Below, piece by piece: positions 12,231 to 22,708 of a DNA stretch of 64,000 bases. The stretch is from Utricularia gibba (taxonomy: Eukaryota > Plantae > Magnoliophyta), in contig CM007989.1 in NCBI GenBank assembly GCA_002189035.1, forward strand, positions 2,666,001 through 2,730,000. The letters run 5' to 3'. Under the pieces are notes generated by a model that was not told where the DNA came from, ran no database searches, and saw only the letters and a program-made list of their open reading frames with translations. The position numbers and the translations under genes were made by a program. Numbering within the stretch: the first letter of the stretch is position 1; each line of letters starts with the position of its first letter.

Positions 12231-13067
12231 TAAACCGGCTCATGGATCTTAGAAATTTTCCTTTTCCTGACCAGCCAGCCCAGTTCCTACACTTCGGACT
12301 AGGGACTGAGGAGATGATGGCCGGTATGCTGGGGTGAAACCGGTTCCTAAATCCTAGCTAATGGAACAGGAGGAGACCGAGGCAAAGGGAGCTGCGGCAG
12401 GCGCATTTTTCTAACGACCATTAGGGCATTTCCGGCATCCAACAGGTGAATGAAAGGGTTTCTGGAACACAAGGAAAACTGTTTCATTTCATAAGACGGC
12501 AGACTCGAAGCAACAGGAGGGCAGGGGACTATCTGCTAACACGGTTTGGTGAGCTTAAAGAGATGCTTCGAGGGTCAAAGCAAGAACTGGTTTAGGGTGG
12601 CGGCGGGAGAAAAGGAAGATGGGGGTATGAGTCAGTTTCTTTAGATTCAATGGGGTTGGGGGATCTGATCTCAATTTCAAAAATGCAGGACACAGTGCAG
12701 GTAAAGCCGATCACAACCAAACAAGGGTTTCATCAACAGCAATGCAGGATACAAAGGGGGTGAGTTGGATACCAAGTGTCTCTGGGATACGGCTTCTGGT
12801 TGTTGGTAAGGGGGATCACAGCGAAAAGACAATTTCAAGAAAGCACAGGAACATAGCAATATGGATCAAGGCTTGAATCACAAAGAGAAGCATCTCGAGA
12901 ATAAATCACACACAAATATCGCCTCTTGAGCAAATAAGGATACGATTCAGCAATGGCAGCAAGCAACATTGAAAGATGATTCTCATCAAAATCTAATGTT
13001 CACATAACCCAAGGGAACAAGAAGAAAAGAGTAGAATTTGGGAAGCATTAACTCTAAGGTCATCAGC

Positions 13068-13568
13068 TCACTCTTCAGGAATTTCCACATCGCCATCGGT
13101 GATCTCCTGCTGAAGATCCTTGGGATCCTTCCCATCAACAGTGCATCCCACCGAAACACAAGTGCCCAGAATCTCCTTCACGGTGCCACCCAAATCCTTG
13201 GCCATGGAACGAGGTCGCATTATCCTAGCGATATCAATAACATCATCAAGTGAAATGTTCCCATTATGCTTAATATTCTTAGTCTTTTTTCTGTCCCTTT
13301 CCGGTTCCTTGAGCGCCTTGATGACCAGCGCGGCGGCGGAGGGAACGACGGTGACCTTAGCCTGACGGTTCTGGACAGTGAGCTTGACAGTGACGCGGAG
13401 GCCCTTCCAATCCTTAGCGGTTTCCTTGGCGATATCCTCACCGATTTTCTTGGGGGAAAGACCGAGAGGCCCGATCTTAGGCGCCAGAGAACTGGCCGCA
13501 CCGACCTCTCCGCCGGTGACGCGGACGAAAACGTCGACAACCTGCGTTGGGTCGAACTTCGGCGGCAT
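13068..13568 (-). CDS. RPL12: 60S ribosomal protein L12 (uL11), intronless, 166 aa
   Basis: [50 protein letters not shown]...[16 protein letters not shown]. Confidence 0.98.
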   Translation of the reverse strand: MPPKFDPTQVVDVFVRVTGGEVGAASSLAPKIGPLGLSPKKIGEDIAKETAKDWKGLRVTVKLTVQNRQAKVTVVPSAAALVIKALKEPERDRKKTKNIKHNGNISLDDVIDIARIMRPRSMAKDLGGTVKEILGTCVSVGCTVDGKDPKDLQQEITDGDVEIPEE

Positions 13569-14259
13569 CTTCTCGGCGGCTAGGGTTTCGAATCTGGAAG
13601 TGAAATGGAAAAAACTGGCGATAAATGCACAAGGCGTCCGAGATGAGAAGCCTTGTTGGGCCTTCGATGTTTGGGCCTCCTAAAGTGGAAAGCAACAAGA
13701 GGGGCAGCGCAGGATAGCGTGAAAAAGGTCATTATTGTTGTAGTTTTGCAGCTGCAGCAGCGCACGTTAGCCTCTTGTCCACTCATTTTGCCTTTTGGTG
13801 TAGATATTGTACAATTAAATTTTCAAATCAGGTTAATTAAATATAAATTTGCTGCGCACGTTAGCCTCTTGTCCACTCATTTTTCCTTTTGGTGTAGATA
13901 TTATACAATTAAATTTTCAAATCAAGTTAATTAAATATAAATTTTTCTATAATAAATAAATAGACAGTCATTCAATAGTTTTTATTTAGAAATTAACAAA
14001 GTTTCCAGCGTTACGCATTTGGGAGCCCATTGGCCGAATAAGGAAGTTTTTGTGTCCTAAGCCCATCAGGCGGAGCTCATATTGAAACTGTGGCCCATTA
14101 TATATACTTGCAAACCCTGTAACACGAATCGGTGGCATAAACCCAAGGGTCAAGGCCATCCGAATACCTACCTCCTTTCCGCCTCCAGTCTGATGTTCAT
14201 TGTGTTCTTCGCTGAAAATCCGGATAAGACTCCGTTAAATGTTATTAGAATCTGATGAG
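13569..14259. promoter_or_regulatory. Shared divergent promoter of RPL12 and UTP4
   Basis: Telo-box at 13581-13588. Site II motifs TGGGCC at 13657 and 13672, RGCCCA at 14024, 14060 and 14092. Confidence 0.6.
13757..13944. repeat. 94-bp tandem duplication (2 copies)
   Basis: gcgcacgttagcctcttgtccactcatttt...ttaattaaatataaattt at 13757-13850 and 13851-13944, with about 4 mismatches. Confidence 0.92.
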
Positions 14260-17200
14260 ATGCTAAAAGTTCACAGAATCCGTTCAATCGACTGGAACCC
14301 GTCACCAATTGTAGCTCTTGCTACCAGCGGCGACGGCTCGCAGGTAGCAGCGGCGCGGGATGATGACTCGTTGGAGATTTGGCTTGTTTCTCCTGGTTCT
14401 GTTGGCTGGCACTGTTTGCTTGTACGAGAAGCTGCTCTGTTTTCATTTTTTTTTTCCGGGTTGGCGTTTATGCTTTCGTATGGGTGAAAAATAATGGCTT
14501 GCTTTGGTTATATATACAGACTATTCAGGGAGACCCTGATTCAAGAGACCCAAGTTCCAAAATGTCTTCGCTTGTGTGGTGTCGGACGGAATCAAAGGAC
14601 GGGTCTTTGGGGAGGCTGTTTTCTTCAAGTGTTGATGGAACTGTTTCGGAGTGGGATTTGTTCAATTTGCGCAAAAAGGTTGCTTTCAGAATGAAATGCC
14701 ATGAAGTTCTAAATTTTGTAATTTTGATTGAAGTCCGGTTATCGTAACTTAACATTATTCGGAAACCTTTAATTTACTAATGTGACTTACAGAAACAACT
14801 ATATGGCCTGATAACTTTGTCTCTTGAAAAACTCATGTGCAAATTTTCGATGATTTTATGCAGATTGAAGAAATATCACTTTTTTACCTTGTTGTTACTT
14901 GTACTGCAGAAAATTTTGGACGCCATCGGTACCTCTATCTGGCAGATGGCAGCAGAACCGTTTAGAGATTCGCAGCTGAAATCAAAGGAAGAAAAGGGAG
15001 GCGACCAGAATGGTCATGCTTTTCCCATGGGAACTGGAAATGTTGATGAAGAGGATTCTAGTAATAGTGACGACGATGATGACAGGGAAAATGAAATCCA
15101 AATAATAGATGGTCAACCAGACGACCAGAGTGCCCGATTAGCGTGTGCATGCGATGATGGCTGCGTGAAAATATACAGTATATCCGATTCTGAGGGACTA
15201 ACATACCGGAGAACATTGCCTAGGGTCAGTGGTGAGGCTCTCTCCTCTTGTTTGGATGTGATTACATTGCCTCTTCGTTTTCCAGATATCGGGAAAATAT
15301 TTTTTTTTTGTTTTCAGGCCGTATGCTGAGTGTTTCTTGGAGCTTTTCACCAAACAGAATTTACTCAGGGAGTAGTGATGGGTATGTTGATGTTTTTTAC
15401 TTGTTATGGAATCATAATGCTATAGCCCCTTTATAATGAATACCTACTTTATGCATTGACCTTCGCGTTTGATAGTACTTCTTTGTGTTGTCATTTCAAC
15501 TTTCTGATGCTTCATTTTAATTAATAGATTTCTAAGGTGCTGGGATGTTGTATTGGGTCATGAAATATTCAGAATAGATGCTGGGCATAAGGGTGACCAT
15601 TGCATCTGGTCACTGATTGCATTGAGGTATGCTTTTTTACTCTACACCCATTTGGATCATATTCTAAATGCAGAAAGATTGTTCATTTATTTCCCGCCTC
15701 TCATGTATTTTTGTATATCAGATGTGGTACCATTGTCAGTGGGGATAGTTCTGGTCGAGTGCAATTCTGGGATTCCGAAGTTGGGACACTTCTGCAGGCA
15801 CATTCATACCACAGGGGCGATGTGAGGGCTTTAGTAGCATCTCCTAACCATGACCGAGTATTTTCTTCGGGTTCTGATGGTCAGGTATGGTTTCTTTAGA
15901 AGACAGTTTTTCTTCAATATCCGTATTATGATTTTTCAAGTGTCAAGTGAGGTCTATAATATTGTTAGTTCCATTTGAGAATTATGTCATGAACTAGGGT
16001 TATAATTAGTGTTGGCTATCTTTTCTAATGGCTTTTAGTAATTTAGGTCATTCTTTACAAGTATTCCCATGAAGCAGTTGCTTCAACTGATGCGCAATTC
16101 ACCCCTAATGTTACTAAGAGATGGAATTACATAAGCAGCAAACCTGCTCACACGCATGACGTGCGGGCATTAACCATAGCTGTGCCTATCAGTCACGAAG
16201 GTTTGCTTTGTTGTGCTGATAATAAGCCTTTGGATTCAGTATTCCTTTATTATCATTTGTGAGCGTGTTTTTATTAGTGCTGGCTTGAACGACAGTTCAT
16301 AATTTCATTTTGTGTTGTATGCCCAGATTTGCCACACGAAGAGAAGGTGAAAAGGAAGCGTGGTTCAGCAAAGCCCCTTGATTTTAGTTACCACAAGTGG
16401 GCACATTTGGGGGTTCCTATGCTTATATCTGGTGGGGAGGACACTAAACTCTTTGCCTACTCTGTAAAGGAGTTTACTAAATTCTCCCAGCACGATATAT
16501 GTCCTGCACCTCAAAGATTACCCATGCAACTTGTGCTAAAAACACCCATCTCTCAGGCACCACTTCTGTTGGTCCAATCCCCTCATTGGTTGGATATTCA
16601 TTGCGTGCATTTGAAGAATCACGCTAATCCAGGACCATCTGGTGGGTCAACGAATACCAGTCTAGTAGCACATGTTGAATGTAAAGCCTCTCAGAGGATC
16701 ATATGCAGCTCAATATCTTCATCTGGCACATGGTTTGCCTACTCTGATCAAATAAAGCCCAATTTGTTTGAACTGAAGAGAATAAAATCTGGGAGCTCGT
16801 CATTGACTGTAAATAAAAGGAAACTCCCTCAAGGCTTACCATTTGCTCACTTCTTGCTTTTCAGTTCAGATTCCTCAAGGTTGTTATTAGCTGGATATGA
16901 CCGAAGAATATATGTAAGTAGCTGTTGGTTATCAATAAGTGCAAGTGCTTATGTTGATTTAACCTATCAGGATCATCAGTGAAGTCTTTGATTAACGATC
17001 TCATCATGCAGGTAATAGATGTCGAAAGCAGTAAGGTTCATAATTTCACTCCATGTCGGAAAGCCTATTGTGAAAATCTGCCACCAAGTGAGCCTCCTAT
17101 TACAAAAATGTTCACTAGTCCTGATGATCAGTGGTTAGCTGCCATCAACTGTTTCGGAGATATCTACATTTTTAATCTTGAAACCTTACGGTATGAGCTG

Positions 17201-18459
17201 TTGATTTTTTTTACTGTACATGCTCATACAATTGTCTTTTCCATTTAGCCTGAAGTGGATGGTGTTTATTATTAGTCCCTTAAAATGATATGTGAATGTT
17301 CGAATCAGAAAATGCTTAAACCTTTCATTATTTGATATTGATGCTGCAGGCAACATTGGTTCGTATCAAGATTGGATGGAGCCTCTGTTACAGCCGCCGG
17401 TTTTGCATCTAGCAATGGAAATATCCTTGTTGTATGTACCTCCTCAAACCAGGTGTATGCATTGGATGTGGAGGCCAAACAAATGGGAGAATGGTCCATG
17501 CGTAATACATTCTCATTGCCTAGAAGATACCAAGAATTTCCTGGTGAAGTGATTGGCCTCACCTTTCCACCATCTTCTAAGTCGTCCTCGGTTTTTGTCT
17601 ACAGTCCCAGGTGCATTTTTAAGTTTGAACACATGCTGCTTTTCTTGCCTTATTTTCAACATCGACATGTTATGAAATGTTATCTTAACACGGCCAGCAT
17701 GCCATTCATTTTTTTTTAACCAATTTTACAACAAGCATTTTCATTGCAACAATGCAGTACATTCAACTATTTGAACATATCTATTCTTTGTTGTTCCTAT
17801 GTGAAACATACAGAAATGTGGATGGCCACTGATGATGAAAAAAAACAAACGTAGAATAATTTAAAGTAACAGAAATGTGGATGGCTAATGCAAATATTGA
17901 TATCAAATCGACCCTTTCATTGTACATGGCTTTGTGTTTCATGATGGCATTATTTAAGTGATTTGGTTGGAGAATATATAACGCTTGATTAGCTTGGTAG
18001 AATTCATTGAAGGTTTCATTCTCTCATTTGATTTGCATGCTATATCGACATTCTTGTATGCTTTTATCAAAAAAAAAAAAGTATCATTCAAGTATTATTA
18101 TGTCCATTAGGAATCTGAATCTGTTACTATAACTGGAGTTGACATTCGCTTAATGATTCAGGGCAATGTGCTTGATCGATTTCAATCTGCCAGTCGGGGG
18201 AGAGGATGATATTGACACTTCAAAAAGCAATGGATCAGTGAGCGAGGTGCACCGGAATGTAGCAACGAAACGCAAGCACCATGATGTAGAAGCTAAATGT
18301 GGTGGTAGAAAGAACTTCGATTTCTGTGCGTTCAGAGACCCTGTTTTGTTTGTCGGTCACCTTTCCGAAAAATCCCTTTTGATCGTAGATAGACCGTGGA
18401 AGAAGGTCGTCAATAACTTCGAATTTCAGCCTGTTGACAAACACATATATGGGACTTGA
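14260..18459 (+). CDS. UTP4: WD40 protein UTP4/Cirhin (POPCORN-like), SSU processome component, multi-exon
   Basis: N-terminus [44 protein letters not shown], internal [33 protein letters not shown]-terminus [12 protein letters not shown]...VDKHIYGT*. Upstream in-frame ATG at 14239 is an alternative start. Confidence 0.92.
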
Positions 18460-19225
18460 TGCTCTCATCTTCTTTTTTCTTTGAAATGTATCGTATAAAT
18501 CAATTTTCCTCTAGTGGGCTGGAGCAGGTTAGATGTCTCAGTTTGTCTCATACATTGTAACATTCAATTTGTTTTATGCAGTTCCTCCATTGGAATGAAA
18601 TCTGCCATTGTGTTTTCCTTCTTTGAGTGCATTTTGCAGATGGCAGGAGGCAAGTTGAATCTCTGAGCTTCAAGAATATATCGTTTCCTCGTCTGTATTA
18701 CTTGACAATTCGTCGGAGCAGTGTTTTGAATGCTACTTATTACACTCCCAGTTGAACCATGAACCGATTGATTTGTCACACGATTGATTTTAAGACACTT
18801 GAAAACATGGTTTCCATTCATTCAAAGCAACCTTTTGATCTCGTCTTGTAGGTAGAAAAAAAAGGTTATATCAAGTAGGGGTCATGATCTCGCATTGGGA
18901 TAGCATTCAAGATGATAGGCTCATTTCATAATGCTTAGTTACTTCACCTTTTTTTGTGTGGTGTGTTGCTCCCTAAGGGACAAACTAAAGAAAGTGAAAG
19001 CTTTGCCTTACCCTTCTTTTACATTTCTGAGTTCATGTTGTTGTTCCCTATTGCACTGACAGGCAAAAAGAAGAAGAGTTCAACACATATTATGTTACAG
19101 AGGTTCAAGCAGTGATATCCATAAGCCTACTGAACTCTCCATTCATCTAAGGGGGCTGCAAAGGCTCTCAAGATTTGCGGAACTCTAGCTGAAGAACGAG
19201 CTCGAAACTCCACCTTCCTGCCTTC

Positions 19226-19829
19226 TCATCTCCTCTTCCTTCCCTGCACATTTCCTGATGCAGAGTCTGATAAGACCTCAAGGTTGCTATGAATCGCACA
19301 CACACTTGTTCATGCGTAGTGCAAACGAATGTGGACAATATGAAGCAAGATAGGAACCTGGTTTTCCCTTTGTAGATTTGCTGAGACCATTGTGCTGCTT
19401 TGTGGTCGACTCAGCCTGTAAGGATGACAATTAGCATGTGTCTGAGAGCAACAAGAACAAACAGAACTGGGCTTCATTCAATTAAACCTCAGACAAACGG
19501 ATCATTGGAGAGGTAGCTGTGTCATCAAGGCACGAGATACCCTGCTTCTCTGAAAAGAGCCTTCTTCCTCCACCCTTGCTCCTGGCCTCCTTCTTCCCCT
19601 CTGCAACGAAAGCCATACGCTTAAAGGAACAAGCTTCATTGTCCTGCTCATGCAGATTATGTGGCCCTGAGGATGCATCTGACACCATGGATGGATCTTC
19701 ATCCTCATGGTACTCACTCTCTGCCTCACAGGTTGTGATGCAATCAGAGACCGTGAAGCAGGAAAGCTGATCGAAGTAGGTCGTCCAGCCGGACTCACAC
19801 CCACTGCTATACTCAGAACAGGCATCCAT
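19226..19829 (-). CDS. SOFL: SOB FIVE-LIKE / VUP-like small protein, about 142 aa. Predicted exons 19829-19488, 19415-19358 and 19254-19226
   Basis: Family motifs SGCESGWTTY, DPSMVSDASSGP and LDDTATSP. GT-AG introns give a continuous frame ending GRKRR*. The last two exons are less certain. Confidence 0.75.
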
Positions 19830-20620
19830 GGCAGAAAACACACACACCCTTTTTGTTGCTTGGTTTACATGGTGGATTTTATCCCATTCTCTGGCTATAA
19901 ATACAGTAGAATGCTCTGCGGATGATGGACTTTCTTTTGGTCCTGGAATTCCTTCATCTTGCCTTGGAATTAAACTTGCCAGTTGTCTTGGTCATGGTGG
20001 GGCGCTGGCAGTGGGGTTTGGGAGAGGGATTGATCGTTAACTATGGTTACTCCCTCTGAAATCAAACACCCAATAACTACATTTTTATATTATAAATAAT
20101 TTCATTATATATCTGTCTCTTCTTCAACATATATTTTTTTAATTTCAATAATTAAAGTAAAAAAATTCAGTTTTTTCGTCCCATTATATCTTTCCCACAT
20201 TATATTTTTAGCTATGTTTGATACGTTTGTTTACACTATTGAAAATTAAGTTTGATTGATAGATATATTATCCGTTATACACATATTTTTACTACAAAAA
20301 ATTAAATATTCTGATAATTTTATTATTCAAAATTTTATATATAGTGAAATAAAAGTTGATGTGAAAAAATATTCTTTAATAAATGATTTTTTTCAGTTAA
20401 AAAAAGAACAATCAAGGAGGAACACACTACGCTTTACACGTGGTGTTAGAAAAGATATGGATGAATGTAGCAGTTTTATGAAATGTTGACAGACTTCTGA
20501 TCTTCCAGCAGAGCCACGTCACTGGTGACGGCGGAGACCGGAGACCGGAGACTCGATCCTCGGCCTCCGGTGTGGGTCGGATCAACTTGCTGGCGCAGTG
20601 CTCCCGCAAGGCCTGCTCTA

Positions 20621-20657
20621 GTTCTGGTTCTGGTTCTGGTTCTGGTTCAGGTTAGGG
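20621..20657. repeat. Hexamer microsatellite (TTCTGG)4 TTCAGG TTAGGG
   Basis: Read directly at 20622-20657. Confidence 0.85.
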
Positions 20658-22708
20658 CGCTTGTGGAGACGAATAGCCGCCCAGTGCGCCCCACACACGC
20701 ATTATGGTGCAAAATTGCAGAGGATCAGGAGCGCCACTCGCAATTATCGATCATCAAACAAGCACCCTGTCCTGTTTGGTGATACTCATGCATCAGGTCA
20801 CATCCACAAGTGTGTTTCGTTTGGTTTGATTATCAATTTTTTATTATAAATACATTAAAAAAGAAACAATAATGAGAGATGATTTTCACCAAGGGGGCGA
20901 AGTAGTTTTCAATCCTCGGTTTTTAACCTGTCGCACAATAAGCAACAATGGCACTGGTAGTGAACAGTAAAATCTTGGCAGCCAACATGCAGATCCATGA
21001 GCAGCAACTCTCCTACACCAACTTCTTCATCTTCAAAGCTTTGCACTCAGCAAATCTGCATGCTCCCTGTTCTCCAAAATGACAGTGACAAGTTATTACA
21101 CAATCTGTGCATGCAGCAAAGCAATACTCTGGTACAGAGGAGATGGGAAGGAATGGTTTCACTTGGTGTTTGTTTGGTAGTTGAGAAGGGAGGGGGAATG
21201 TGTGCTACCAAGAATTGAAATGGGGAAGAATTGAAATTTGAAAGGCTTTTTTTGATGTGGGGCATGAGAATGACAAGAACGTGGGTTAGGGTTAGCCAGC
21301 GGGGGCTCACTGAGATGCCCCTCTCATGTCATGTGCTGCTCACAGATGGGATACCATGCATCATCAAATACACTCAAACCCCGACACGCCACATCACCGA
21401 TACCCCAGTTCCATACTTAAAAGTTTTTTTTTATGCAACAACAAGAAAACAAATAAGCCCCCCTAAAAATGGTGCCCTCACTGTCTCCCATGCTGGACGA
21501 GTTGTACCCCACCACGTGGCTTCCCTTCCCTTCGGTTGTTGTACACTAAATTTGTCAAAACAAAACTTGAGAGCAACCTCTGGGGGAGGGTTGAACCCAG
21601 GCTCCCTTCCATCCCGCCGCCGCCGGAGCTCCTCCTCTTCATTCTTACAACAAGACACGAATCGAAAACGACCGCCGGATTAGATTATTTTCTGGTTTTT
21701 GTTCCATCTCAGAAGGTTAAAATCCAACAGAAAGGATGCGAGAGTTGGAAGATGATAATGCAGAGTGGGTCAGGCCGCTCGTGCTCTTCAAGACGCGCAC
21801 GTGTGGGAACCCACACGCCTGCGCGCTCTTCATTCCCAATCATCTATCTCCTTGGCCGCCCCCCCCCCCCCAACTTGACCCCTCCTCCTCCATTTGCTCA
21901 TTGCCTTGTAATGACCCACGCTCATGCCTCCTTCCAACTCCTACTTACGGAAATTAACTAAATAATTAATTATTTTTTTTAAAATAACTTTTTAGAATGT
22001 TTTTTTGGGTAACACCCATCCTTTTATGGAAATAAATTGTCTTGTTATTTCCAAGTGACATAAAAAGAGTAATGTTTTGATTTAGCAATAGAGAATAATT
22101 AATGTATTATATAAATTGCAGCTGTTGTATTGGTTTTAAATTAGAAATGTCGGCTTCCGATTGTTAAATGTCATGCTCACATCAGATTTCAATACGACTC
22201 ACGAAAAATTTTATTATTATAATTAGGAATTAATATTGTTTTATAGGGAATTTGTGCTCAGTTCAGACATGCGTACGGCCCAGAAGTAACTGGGCTTCGC
22301 ATTAAGAAATATGGGCCATATCCGATGACGTCGAAATATGGGCCTTTGAGGGGCTTTTGGTTTTAGGATGCAGTGTGTACAAAATTAGAAGTAGCGGATA
22401 ATTCAAACCGTCGAATTTTCCTTGTCTACCACTCCGATCTGGGTCTCTTCCTTGCGGTGTTGCCTCCGAATCGGCCGGGATATTCGAGCGTCTTTCTCCG
22501 GAATTGCGCCGCCGTGGGGGAGGAGTCTGACAAGTTTTGTCAATTTCTATTCATTTCCATTTTCCGCATCTTCGAAGCAGTAAACCCTAATCTTGACCCT
22601 TGTCGACCTGGTTGTTTAATGCTAGGGTGGCTTCTTCTGGGAACGTATTGTAAGCCCTAACCTCGATTCTTCCGACATTTCAGCACGAAAACCCCATTTC
22701 CGACAGGT

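Noticed and set aside
12630-12740. C/D-like pair on the minus strand with a guide resembling the 18S region TTTCTTGATTCTATGGG
   Set aside because: Only 6 contiguous complementary nt next to box D and no terminal stem.
13068-13568. Intronless RPL12 as a possible retrocopy
   Set aside because: Plant RPL12 coding regions are normally intronless as far as I recall. The ORF is intact with a typical promoter, no poly(A) scar and no target-site duplication.
17810-17885. Box C (ATGATGA at 17832) between 17-bp direct repeats in the last UTP4 intron, as a possible C/D snoRNA
   Set aside because: No CTGA box D at a suitable distance and no rRNA-complementary guide. Probably a small local duplication.
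20048-20058. Stowaway-like terminal motif TACTCCCTCTG
   Set aside because: No matching second terminal inverted repeat within MITE distance.
20560-20720. Possible telomerase RNA on the minus strand (CCCTAACCTGAACC template-like, GTGTGGG/CCCACAC pairing)
   Set aside because: No USE element upstream, the nearest TATA-like box is too far away, and there is no U-rich pseudoknot or clear Pol III terminator. The motif is part of a microsatellite.
21056-21076. miR164-like 20-mer (TGGAGAACAGGGAGCATGCA on the minus strand) with a partial inverted repeat
   Set aside because: One deletion plus three mismatches, and only 9 contiguous base pairs in the fold-back. This is about chance level across all miRNA families.
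21596-21616. miR159/319-like core GGATGGAAGGGAGC
   Set aside because: No complementary star arm, and too many seed mismatches to be a target site. The context is purine-rich.
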